This document shows, one piece after another, positions 51,787 through 64,000 of a stretch of DNA of 64,000 nucleotides. Where the stretch lies: NCBI GenBank assembly GCA_949358305.1, contig OX442314.1, positions 19,406,001-19,470,000 on the forward strand. The letters run 5' to 3'. This DNA comes from Strigamia acuminata. Its lineage: Eukaryota. Position numbers and translations under genes: made by a program. Positions within the stretch are counted from its first letter, which is position 1, and each line of letters begins with the position of its first letter. The notes under the pieces were generated by a model that was not told where the DNA came from, ran no database searches, and saw only the letters and a program-made list of their open reading frames with translations.

Positions 51787-52208
51787 GATTAAAACATCCA
51801 AGATTTACGACGCATCATGGATTACATATTCATAAATTAATTACGCGCAATTTATTTGTATTCTGTACCCGTGATTACTTATTTAATTATAATAAAACAA
51901 ATCAATTATACATAAAAATCCTTTCCTGAGATACTTACGAGGGTCAACGTTTCACAAAGGAAATAGGATGTATTAACCATGAATATTAACGTTCCGCTTT
52001 TGCACCTTTTCAGTTTGCTAACTGGTATTTCCTATAGGTATTGATACAAAGCGCTTCGATTTGTCAAAAACCTTCAAATGTTTTGTGGAGGATCAAAGCG
52101 GACAATTCTTTAACGGTATGTTTGTTTTTCAGTCTTTTTCAATTTTTCAAATTTTTTAATTCGGAAAACATTCATCTCTTTTTTCTCTGAAATAGGTACA
52201 GCTTACAA

Positions 52209-55200
52209 ATGATTCACTCGTATATTAGCAGTATCTTTTTCTTCGGGTCTCTGCAATACAGTCTCACTGAAGGTAAGGATAAACTTTTCCTTAAAGTCTG
52301 CTTTTTGCGTTCAAAGTTACAAAATCGAAGAAATTTAATCGTGTAAAATGTGAATTTCGTTTCATTTTGGAGTATTTGCCCTTTGATATTTAAGAAAATG
52401 TACGATAGATGGCGCTAATAATAATTTCTGGTTTATTGCCAATCCCCCAAATGTCATTGCCATTTTCCAATCGCAATCGCGTCGGTGAATTTCATTTCTT
52501 CATTCCAGCTGCCATTTTTCTCATAAAAAAAATTCATTTGTACTCAAATTGTGAAAAAAATTAGCATAAAATTAATTAAAAACGTCGAAAATGATCATTT
52601 TCCTAAATAAGTAGTACCAAAATAACTATTTGTTGCCATTTAGGAAGCAAATCGCAAATAAAATTACCCCTTCGTTGTTTGTTTGGTTTAATCGATACAC
52701 CAGATTCAATCAAACCACATCATTAAATAACGAAAATAACCTTAAAAGCCTATTACTCTGCAAGTTGGAAAATATGAAACGAACCCTTTACTTAAGATTG
52801 TGCAGTAAAAATAAGCGAGTTAACTTTATGAGAAATGGTCAAATGTTTTTCTTTGTAAGTTTTAAAAGCCGATTTAAAGAAGGTACTTATATCGTCCTCG
52901 TAAACGCTTCTAACGCCTCCTTAACCCATGTCATAACAAACTTTACAGTTTCGCAGAAAATACCAACTTCGCTTATTACACTGGAAACTGTAAACTCACT
53001 CCATGATCTATCTCATCACGGGTTATAGCTTTGCTCCATTTATTATATAATTAAAAACGTTCCAATTAACAAAATGGCATGAAAAATTATGCAAAAGTCC
53101 GTGAATCCACGTGTCAAACCATTATGTCAATGACCATTATATAAGAGGAAAAATTAATCTCAATGATTGGAACAATTGCCAACGGAAATTATTCTACAGA
53201 TGACAATGACACCACATCCTCTCACCTTACACTGCGATCATAATGTCAATAACCTACCATTGAACTGAATTTAACTTTCAATTTTTTTTTTTAATGTCTA
53301 GACTTGTCATGCAGTGGAGACAGCGTTTTTTCACGACTCTCAGCGTATAATCCACTCAACGCAACAAGCACAGAGTTTACAACGTTAGATTTTCATGGCC
53401 AATCATTGAAAACGTTGCAAGTAATAAAAATGGCATTTCTTTTCAATTGTGATTTCGCGTTACACACACTTCAATTTGTAACCTAGCAACTAAATAGAGT
53501 AGAAAAGAAAATTATTCTGATGGGAATTTTTTTGGGGGCGAAGGGAAGGAGATTGCAGATCAATAACTTGAGATTAAAAGCCATTGATCCTGTAATTATT
53601 CTGGTGAATTATTTAATTGAGAGATCTAGTACAAAGCGATACACTCTAAAAACCATTAGTAGTTAGAAGGGTGTCGAGTCTTTTTCTACTTAACTTACAA
53701 CCAGTGTGCAGCAGCACTTGAAGATCCTCGAGTTCGAGTGCCTTTCAACACTCAAGAAATGAGTTTCTGCACCTTTCATGTGGATTTCTGTACTCATAAA
53801 TCCATTTCTACATTTGTAAATGCATTTCTGCGTTTAAAAATACATTTTTGGACCGAAAATTTAGTTTTTGAAATAAATCGTGTACAGTCGAAACTCTTTA
53901 TAACGAATCGCAAGGGACCCGAAAAATCGATTCGTTATAACGAGAGTTCCTTAAAACTAATTAGCTGAAAATAATTAAATTTTATCATAAACAAATAAAA
54001 CAACATTATTTATTCATAAACATGCAAGTTTCATGTTAATTTTATCCCAATTCTTTAACATTTGTTGCAATTGTAAAACGGGACAAATTAAACTCATCTG
54101 CTACGATTGATGGCTTCTTGCCATTGTCAATGGCATTAATAATGCTCAACTTATCTTAAATCAAAATTGCCTTTCGTTTGGCAGCCATTTTAAAACAAGA
54201 ACATTTTCATTTTCCTTTGCTTATGGGCATCGGATGTAGTGAGTCATGTGATCAGTTTTGAAAATTCGTTATAACAAGAGGTTGTGGGTATTACAGTGTA
54301 TACAAACACTTGTTTCTTATAATAACGAATGATTCGTTATATTGAAATTCGTTATATCGAAAATATTTAACATGGTGTTCTATGGCTGGCCAACCAAGTC
54401 ATTTTTAACAATTCGTTATATCGCGATTCATTATAAAGAGTTTTGACTGTATTTTTGCGCCTTTGAATCTTTAAATATGCATTTCTATCACGTAAAAAAT
54501 AAATCCGTATACCGGTACACACAATTTGCTCGTTTGCATTCAAGTACAGTGCAAATCCTGCGAATTTTATTTTAAACTTAAATAACCTCATTTATCAGTT
54601 TGTAGAAATTTTTGTTGTACATTCACATTTATTAGGTATAAATAATAATAGCAATATTCTTATAAAAATTTAATTTTTACTAGGATTACCTAAAAGGACT
54701 GACAGCATACGTCACTGTAGCTATGGATTCAAACCTACTGGATAATCAAATTCCGTATGGCACAGTTGTTTGCATACCCTCGCTCAATGAAAAATACGGG
54801 AAGCAAATTAAATTCGAAGTGAGTACCAGTATTACAAATGAATCAAATTCCCAAATTATGTTACCACATTTAAACCAGTGGTTTTGGCCATCACAACGGA
54901 CGTGACTGTGGTAGCATCAAATTGTTCCACAGAGAAGCCCACGGGCAGCAAACCGTCTAGTTTGTCCTAATGAAATAAAATTACAGTTTCATTAAACGTT
55001 TGATTGGCAGCAACCTCAATAGCCCTCTTTACATTATTAAATCACATACCTAGTATATAAATTTTGTTTCGTTATAAAATTTAACTGCTCAACTCCTATT
55101 TATAGCGTAATAAACCATAACTTACGACCGTTTCTTCCCAACCTCTTAAAACTGCATCACAAATTTATACATTGCAAATTTACATCTTTAAAACTCCACA

Positions 55201-55993
55201 GGTGCGTGACACGAGGCCAGATTTGGATGGATTAGGCTTCAATCGCGCTTCTATCTGCGTGGGCAACAGCGAAGACTTAGCGGACAAATCTGTGAACAGT
55301 TTAGTCAACATGCGACTTCCGTCCGGTACCATCAAAGACGAAGAAGACGAAACCGAGGAATTAAGCGATAAGAAACTAATAGCTGATGCTGATTCAGTCA
55401 ATTATCCAGGATTAAGAGAAGATTACGGTGCCCAGAATCGCGATCAATATGGATCCAGTAACTTTTACTATCCACCATACTATTATTACCCAGCGCCCGA
55501 GAAAACAACCACGACCGAAAAACCCTACCATCATTATCCCTACTATTATTATCCAGAACCCCCCAAAACGACGACAGAAAAATCCCACTATTATCCGTAT
55601 TACTATTATCCAGAACCACCCAAAACAACTACGGAAAAACCCAAATATCCCTATCCGTATCCTCCATACCCATATTATCCACCTTATTCGCAGTACCCAC
55701 CGTATCCTTATTACGAGCCCCCCAAACCGACGACGACCGAAAAGCCGTATTACCCACCAGCTAATGCCTACTATTATTATCCTTATCATAAAAGTCCAAC
55801 TAGCAATAATATGTATGGTTATTCAAATAATTATTACAATGTGTCCTACGATCCACCGACACCGAATTATAAACCTATGGCTATATCGAATACCAAGGCT
55901 CCGACACCACCAAGTTACCATTATCCTTCGTACTATGCACCGCAGCAGCCGTCGAGCAATGATGAATCAAATTCTTACTCACGCCCATATTAA
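52209..55993 (+). CDS. Secreted protein: 3D/double-psi-barrel-like domain plus Tyr/Pro/Thr-rich repeat tail; exons 52209-52272, 53302-53420, 54684-54818, 55202-55993
   Basis: Signal-like MIHSYISSIFFFGSLQYSLTE, then RLSAYNP...LKTLQDYL...VTVAMD...IPYGTVVCIPSLN...VRDT...RASICV, then repeats YYYPEPPKTTTEKP. All introns are GT-AG and in phase. Confidence 0.72.
53885..54449 (-). mobile_element. Internally deleted pogo/Tigger element retaining the transposase N-terminal HTH
   Basis: TA|CAGTCGAAACTCTTTATAACGAATCGC ... GAGTTTTGACTG|TA. The minus strand from 54188 reads MAAKRKAILI*DKLSIINAIDNGKKPSIVADEFNLSRFTIAT. Same family as 44396-44576. Confidence 0.88.
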
Positions 55994-56788
55994 TTCTTGA
56001 TTATTTCACAGTTTTGGAAATATCGATGTTTTTAATTTTAACAATGGCGCTTCATCGTGCTTGGCAAATTAAAGTATACAAATTAAACACATTTTGATCA
56101 ATATTTTCGGGTTTCAGATTAAATTTGATGGAAAATCGAATCACTTACGTTTATTTCAGCAAAATTATGTTTTCAATCTTTTATTCGAATTTTTCAAGTA
56201 CAAATATTAAATATTTCTTTGTTTAATTTTGTTTTTTTTATTAAGAAAATGGAATTTTAATATTCAGCTTTTCCATGTTGTTCCTGTTAGAAGCAATTTT
56301 TTTTTAACAATGCTACAATGTCTATTTTCTCTGGTGATGTAAATGTTATTAATGGTAACTTATAATGTGAGAAATCGTGCAAAATGATTATTTATGTTGT
56401 CAATTGTCAACTTAGATGCGGGAAAAATGTGTTTAACAATGAATCATCATTATTATTTTTACGTTTTTAATAAAATTAAAATATACCGTATAAACAAACC
56501 CTCATCAGTCCTAATTTCACTCTCGCCTATATATCCCAAATTATTAACTTTTTTTATAAATAACACTATAAAATAATATTTATAAAATATATTATGTATG
56601 TATATATACCAAGCCTAAAGAAAAATAGAAGAAAAAAAATCAAACGCAGTTTTTATAAACGAATTTACATAAAATGCGCATGCGCATCGTACAGTCGCAG
56701 GTGTTCGCGATAGGAAACAAACCCAGTCCTACTCAGTTACCCAACCCAGTCTGCAGCTTTAGCGATAGCTTGACTGAAACGTGCTGTT

Positions 56789-59700
56789 ATGGAGGAGGCA
56801 TCAGAGAAACCCAAATCAGAGAAATGCAGCAATTTCATGCGCCAGTTTCGAGAGAAGGATAGCCGTGAGTTGAAACAACTTACAGCCAATCAGTTTATGG
56901 AAGTGTGGAGTCATTACGACCGGGATGGTAAGTAAACAAGAACATCTGTTAACCTTCAATCTTTTTATATCGCCTGAATAATTCATTTACAAACAATTTC
57001 AGCAAACGGCTACATTGAAGGTGGCGAACTCGATAGTTTTCTCCAGGAATTTGTTTCTAGTGTCAATTCGAGCGATGTTGGTCCAGAGGTAAACATGCAG
57101 TGTGTTATTGCAACCTAATTTCTTTATAAATGCACCATTTTTTTCTACGGGCGAGTAAATGTGAATGTAATTGGTCCGAACTAGCTTCTCGTCGTGTTTA
57201 AATGTAAAATTTTAAAATCTGCTGACACTCACACTGATTATATTCCGGTATTGATCGCCGCAGTGCTCTTCCCAGCATCCTTCTGGTTGTTGCTATGACA
57301 ACTTTAACCACTAGTTGCGCGCCGCAGTGCGGATGGGGATAACATAGGGCAGCGTTACAAATTATCAAATGACCGTGGTGCGTGCTAACTGGCTGCCGCC
57401 CATCATGAATTTTAGCTGCTGAAATTCTGTCACTTCGCGAACATAAATTTTTTTAAGGTCAAACAAACTTTTTTACAAAAAATGGCTTTACTGTCTTTAA
57501 AAAAAAATTGATAGCTCTTCCAAATACAAATAACACCTTAGTTCGAATTTGGAGATATATTGAGACTTGTGGTCAGTTTTAATTCACTTTTCTGCTCAAA
57601 AATCCCTGGAAAAGGGTGGAGCTACGAGTTGCATAATTTAAGTTGAAGCAATTAACGTAAAAACTCATTAAACTTTAAACCAAAATATATGCACAACAAA
57701 TAATGCATTACATGTATGGATTACGTGGAAAGCGTAATCAATCATCTTAATAAATGAAGGAAAAAAAATACTAGCAGAAAGATTTGTTTACATTTATCTC
57801 TTGTATTTTTAACGTTGTTTGCTCCGCTCCAAAATGTAATGCCGAGAAAACCACGCGTCAGTGCACTTGATCAAACAAAATTAAAAATTTGCATTCACAA
57901 TTGCATTTTCCTCACTCCCAATCAGTTTTAAAACCCGTGCGTAGTATTGGTCAAATTGATTTTTCCACGTTACGTTTCTTTAATCATGTTTTTGAATTTC
58001 GACTTAACCTTAATTACTCATGGGGATCGAAGCAGCCAATAAACCGAACCTTCTATAATTAACGAAGAAAATTGTATCGAGAATTCCAAACAGCAGCGAC
58101 TTTAAAACCCACAAGCACGAAGTAAATACATACTTGTTAATCCATAACCATAACACTTTAAACAAAAATTTAAACAAAAATTCAGCAACACCGTGATAAT
58201 AATTGCTTGACCCCTTCAAGTAAAAACAGAAATGTTTTGGACAGCTTTTCCCTCTCCCTCTCCAACCCACCTTGTTTATTCTAAAAGAAAATAAATGTAA
58301 TTTGTCAAGTTTAATTTTCCTTCAGGTGGTGTCTGAAGCAATGTTGGCTGAGATGAAAGAATGCTTTTTGGAAGCATACGATGATAATCAAGATGGAAAG
58401 ATAGAAATTAGAGAGGTACAATGAGTAACCTTAAGGAAGTGCAAAGTATAAAATGTTTTGTTTGTATTAGTTGGCACAATTGCTACCAATGGAAGAGAAT
58501 TTTTTGCTTCTTTTCCGATTTGATAACCCTCTCGAATCCAGCGTAGAATTTATGAAGATATGGCGCGAATACGACCGCGACAATAGCGGATTTATCGAAG
58601 CAGATGAACTCAAAGTTAATAAATCAATTAATCAAACCAAATTAAAAATTAAACACAATATTTTTAAACGCTAAAAAAATATACATTTATTCTGTAGAAT
58701 TTTCTCGGTGATCTTCTGAAAGAAGCAAATAAAGAAGCCGAAGTATCAGCCGATAAACTGATCGAGTATACCGACAGTTTGGTAACTCCTCCCAAACCCC
58801 AATTCCAAAAACACATTCTAATAAATTCCTCCCAACATTACGTTTTAGTTGCAGATTTTTGATGCCAACAAAGACGGCAAATTGCAGCTGAGTGAAATGG
58901 CAAAGTAAGTATCCAACTAATAAGCCCAATAATCAATAAAAGTTGGCAATGATGCACGCTTGAAGCATGCGAAACAGGCGGCAACTGTCTATAATTAATT
59001 TGTAACAGCTTCTCATTAATAGTAGTGACCGTCTTTCACCCTTGCTCATTTCAGACTTCTGCCCGTTCGGGAGAATTTCCTTTGTAGGTCGGTTTTCAAG
59101 GTACATAACATAGCGTTGTGATTGTCAAGTGTTGTGTACAATGCATGTTATTCAAAGACCTATCAAATATTATTGCTTCTTTTCTCCTATCCCCACCACA
59201 CATTTTTGATAGTGTTGTCTAAGTATTTTTAGCTGTACAAAATCAATAATTAGAGGTCACAAATGAAGACCCACTGCTATTGAAATCAATTTATATACTC
59301 TTGTTCGAGTCAAAAGAGTCCTTTCTCCCATTGGCCAAACCATTTTACTAACTGGTGTAGTGATCCAAAAAAAGACCCAAACACCAGAAATACATTACAA
59401 TGTACAGATTACCATTGTTAGGAAATTGTTTGCTTTCCTGACAAAGCAACCAATAAACAGAACAAACACGATTTTTAAATTAAAAAGTGCACAAAACTTT
59501 ATTTCCTAAATGGAAATAACATTTTGTAATAAAATACAATTAAAATTATATTAATTTAAATGGTCATAATAATCTAAAAAATAAATAAAAATGAAAACTA
59601 CTTCTCCAAGTGGTAGTATACAGTCTGGAGTTAGGAGTAATGAGGCTCGGCCAAAGGGAGAAAGGACTCTTTTGACTCGAACAAGAGGAAACAACACTTT

Positions 59701-61514
59701 TATTCATGTCTCATTCAGCTATTTATCCCATTCAAACACTCTTCTTTTTACAATCTTTTGTTTTCCGTTTTATCTTTAATCGTACCTTCCGAGTAAATCA
59801 AAAAGCCTTTCAAACTTACTTGCAATTTTTAAACAAAGCTGCCATTGTTATCAGCTGTAAATAGAAGAGCGGGCAGTTCAAGCGCTCGTTTTTAATTAAA
59901 TGTGGTCAACTTTTAGATTAACATTAAAACTAATACGGAGTATTATGCAATATTACAACAAAAGGTTAACAACAAGGGCCACCATTTATCACATCGCTCG
60001 TAAGCCAGGTTTCATCCAAGGTCTTTTCTAAACGCTTTGTTGACATAAAAGAAGCGAACCCCAGGTGGTGTGGAGGTTTTCTCCAAGCTTAACAAAGATG
60101 CTGACCAAGATGAGAAAATCTCACAAAATAAAGAAATTCGCTCATTCGCGTGCCCAGGGGGTGCTATCATCTTCCCAACTCGGTTCACTGGCATTCGTCC
60201 ATTAATGGCACCACAAAAATCCACTAAACCTCTACCACCCACTTAGACGGTCAGAAAATGACGGTCTTGGCATTCCTAATGAGATAGTCGAAGGGTTACC
60301 ATCAATTTCACCATTTTCGAAACACCTGACCTACTAACCCCTTTCCCATGATTCCCTTCACAGCCCATCATCAGCGACCATGCTATGACCCCTCAACGGC
60401 ACGGCCTAGCTTTGAACAATTAATGCTTTCACCTCTCAGCTTAATTGCTTGTATTTTGCAATAATTCCCGGAAAGATTCAAATAGATGAAACCCATACGA
60501 TTCAAAAATACATTGAAATTATATTGCATGCTGTTTGTTTGCAAATGATAAGAATTTTTTCACTAGACCTTTGGAAAATCATGATGTAATGCCCATTGCC
60601 TCCGCCCACAATAATGTGACGTATTTTGAAATTGCATTGTGCATGGTTTTTCTCATAGAGGGGGGAAGGGGAGGCAACAATTGTTTTAAAATGCAGGAAA
60701 ATGCAGGAAAAGTGCAATTTTCGTATAAAAAAAATGCAATGCTAAAGTTGAAATATTTGCTCCCTCACTACTCACCAGTTGCAGCATTGTTATGTTATAT
60801 GTTCACATGATCTTATCACCTGACCTCATTTTTCCAAAGGTCTATTGTATACGGTGTTTAATGTATAAACAATATACGTAATTCTATGCTATATCATTTT
60901 GGAATGCATTGTATTGTGAAATATATTTTTGAACCATGTGAGGATGCAATGAGACATCTAGAAAAACATGAAATAATTATTATATTTATAATTTGTATTT
61001 ACTTTTGTAATTCTTAACACTCAGATTGATGTTTTTGTAGCAAAAATAGAGGTATAAATTTAACTCCTCCTATCGTTTTATCTTTCAGGGGGCCAGTAAA
61101 CTGACAAAGAATGACATCGAACGAGTGTTTGCACTTTACGACCGAGTAAAAGACCGCCCACGAACTTGTGGCTTAATAATCGATCTCATTAACTGTTTCT
61201 ATAGGATCAAAATGGAACAATTGAGAACGAAGAATTAACAGGATTCCTCAAAGATTTAATGGAGCTAGTTAAAAAGGTTAATGTTTTTCAGTAGTGTAAA
61301 CTGTAAATAAATACAAGTGTAATTAACCAGCCCATTCATAAATTTCCTGCAGGATTACGACGCGCAGGATCTGCAAGAATTCCACGATATCATAATGCAA
61401 GGTTGTGATTTCAACCACGATGGAAAAATCAACAGAAAAGAGCTTACCATGATACTATTGGCGCTCGCAAAGCACGCGCAAGATGAAGAGATGCTGGCTC
61501 AAAGCAAAAAGTAG
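56789..61514 (+). CDS. Cbp53E: Calbindin-32 (Cbp53E-like), copy 2
   Basis: [46 protein letters not shown]...[48 protein letters not shown]...[17 protein letters not shown]...*; stop 61512-61514. Confidence 0.94.
59990..60330 (-). mobile_element. Possible decayed non-LTR retrotransposon fragment in a calbindin intron
   Basis: Locally higher GC; broken frame containing GGRGLVD, resembling the post-RT GGxGL motif of LINEs. Confidence 0.3.
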
Positions 61515-64000
61515 CAAGTATCGAAAAGAATCTTTCAAAAATAAATAAACCCTCCTTTCAAACGGCGACGTCTAAAAATCTTTAATGCCAAAAACCGGAT
61601 GCTACCGGCATCTTTCTTCCCAAAAACTAAAGACAGCTAGAGATGGTTTCATCTCGCTCTTTCCATCCAATCATATTCATGTCTTTCAGTAATTTATTGT
61701 TGGCAAATAGTAAACTAAAATTCATAGGTTAGTTTATGTGACTATACATGTTTTAAGGAAGCAATTAACGAGAATCAAAACTTAATTAATTCGAAAATTA
61801 TAACAGAACGAGAGCAGATATGGAAACCTCATTTAATCTATTAAAAACTATAATGAACCATTTTATTCTTTTAAACTATATAGTTACACAATATTTGTAT
61901 ATTCAGACATTTGAGAGAAAATAAATTAATAATTTGAGTGTCATTTGTGTTTATTCATTATTTTCACATAAATAACGCACGTTGCAAAAGCCATTACTAC
62001 AAATCGATAATTGATCTGACCGCTCAACCCAGCAATTATCGCATTTTAATTTTAAATTACACAAAAATAAAAAAATATACTCAGCGAGCTATAAATTTGT
62101 TAATCAATTTACCGGTTAAGCTTTAGGGGATTATAAACTAAATCCCCTTTTGCCCATCTCTTGTGATTTCTGTCACCATAATCGACGGTGAAGACGAGAG
62201 CATTTATTCAATAATTAATATTAACTTAATTGGATGGAAAATTTGATATCCTGCGTTACGAATCACAGTTATCGGAAAACGATAAGTTCCCAAACGACAG
62301 CAATGCAGAAAACCCTGAACAAACAATAAAACAAAAATAAAAAAAATTCTTCTCCTTGTTTACTTTAATTGAGATCCTCAAATCGTTCTGAATTTGCATT
62401 CCTGCGCACTGCCACCGCGAGTGGTAATTATGTGTTATTTTTTTAAAAATCGACGAAATTAAGACAATCAATTCAGTCGGCAAGTTACAAATTAAACTTT
62501 TGATAAAGTTCCTCTTTAAAAGTGCTTTCGGAGGAAACGGATTTCGATCCACGTCCACTGCACCGAAAAGATCTTGTGTCTTATATTGCTTATCCAATCG
62601 TATAGAAAGAAGAGACAACGTAAATAAACAGAAGTGCAACTTACAACTTTAATAAACTCAATTGATTTATTTGCCTATTTCCATGATAATGGTTCATAAA
62701 CAAGCTTATGTTTAGTTAGCAATCACTTCGGCTGTATTTTCTAATCAATAAATGATTAACTACCGCCAGTTTTGGCGCTTCTGAAAACAACTAACCAATT
62801 TGGCTTCGGCAGAAAAAATTCACCATGAAATTGCACCCAAAGGAAATTTTCAAATTTTGCATCACGAAACAGCGAACTTCGCATTTTATTCCGAGGTTTA
62901 CCCAGGCCCTCGGCCGTTTGGCTTTGGTAAAGTGAAGAGTATTAGTTAATTGTGTTAAAGGTCAATAAATCAGTGCTTTGATATACCCGTGAAACCAATA
63001 CCAATAAAGAATCCATTTACTGTCGTGTAACGAAAGGAAAAAAAAAATCGACAATTTTAAAGTGTACAATTTATTGTAAAGAAATTTCTTTCATGCAGTT
63101 CTTAAATCTTACAATTTCGATTTTCAGTTTTAAAGTTGCGTTTTTATTCTTTTTCCGGTGGAAATTAATTTTGCCACGACGGTGACGAAATATTTTTTTT
63201 TTCTATTAAATTTGAATATTCAGAATGGTGTTATAAATCATGTTTCTTTCATTCCTTATCTCCACCTTACCTCGTAATGAAACGATGGTTTAGTCATAAT
63301 TGGAGCTTTGTTTGAATTCCTCTAGCGTAAATGATTCTGTTACGCCCACCTAGACAGTCGAATGTGTATTGATTCCCAATTGATGACCTCAAAATATTAT
63401 AAACGCTTTATTACGGTACCTTTAATATAATTCGAAATATAAGTCAACTGATTACCCACGAATAAGCAAATTTTCTTCTTCACTGGAAAGCACAAAAGCG
63501 TGACATCACATCGCAATCAATATCACTTTCTAGCCAAAGACCAATACTAAATCGCATTCCCTGTGTGTTTCCAACAAAAATTTTCAATTTCCGCCCTCGA
63601 AATAAATTAGAAAAAATACATCCACACATTCCTCAAAAAAAAAAATATAAAAAAAAATGAAAAATCCATTATTTTTTTCTCCAAATTCCAAATTCCAAAA
63701 AAAAAAAGAAAAAAAAGAAAAAGAAAAGCTGAATAAATTTGCTCTCCGTAAACCCTTATTCCCTCTAATTAACAATTTAGACTCAAATTTGCACAGCACG
63801 GAAGCCGAATACAAATTCGAACTTAACATTAACATCGGTCTACGAGTAGAAGCTTTCCGATCAATACGAAAACACTGAGAAGTAGCATGCGAGTAGCACA
63901 GAGCATCGGTGTGCACCACCGATGCGGACCTTGGCGCAACAGACAGTGCTCACCGTTCTAACGTTAGTACTCTCCGCTACATTTCTATACACAGGTGAAC

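Noticed and set aside
55398..56000. Alternative-frame and antisense ORFs over the Tyr/Pro repeat exon
   Set aside because: Low-complexity codon repeats suppress stop codons; no independent start or splice support.
63584..64000. Possible last exon of a minus-strand gene at the window edge
   Set aside because: An open stretch exists but has no recognisable homology and is truncated by the window; cannot be supported.

Overview
AT-rich, intron-dense animal genomic DNA, most likely an arthropod given the TTAGG repeats, a Cbp53E-type calbindin and many 50-90 nt introns. There are no prokaryotic features and no CRISPR array. I assembled the gene models by hand from splice sites. In order they are: a PPT2-like thioesterase, a small orphan secreted protein, an intronless BC-box/Cul2-box LRR protein (-), a PPT2 3' relic, a second orphan gene (-), two tandem neprilysins (the second divergent, with an LTR in one intron), calbindin-32 copy 1, a CALML4-like calmodulin, a full-length ABCB1/P-glycoprotein with four candidate alternative first exons, a decayed Tc1 element, a divergent HNF4, a secreted 3D-domain-like protein with a Tyr/Pro-rich tail, and calbindin-32 copy 2. 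Introns carry many MITEs, some nested. The most striking unexplained signal is a ~127-nt GC-balanced, multi-stem, probably pseudoknotted RNA element (31333-31459). It ends 10 nt before the CALML4 start codon and begins just past a calbindin polyA signal. All alignments and folds were done by eye; no database searches were run.
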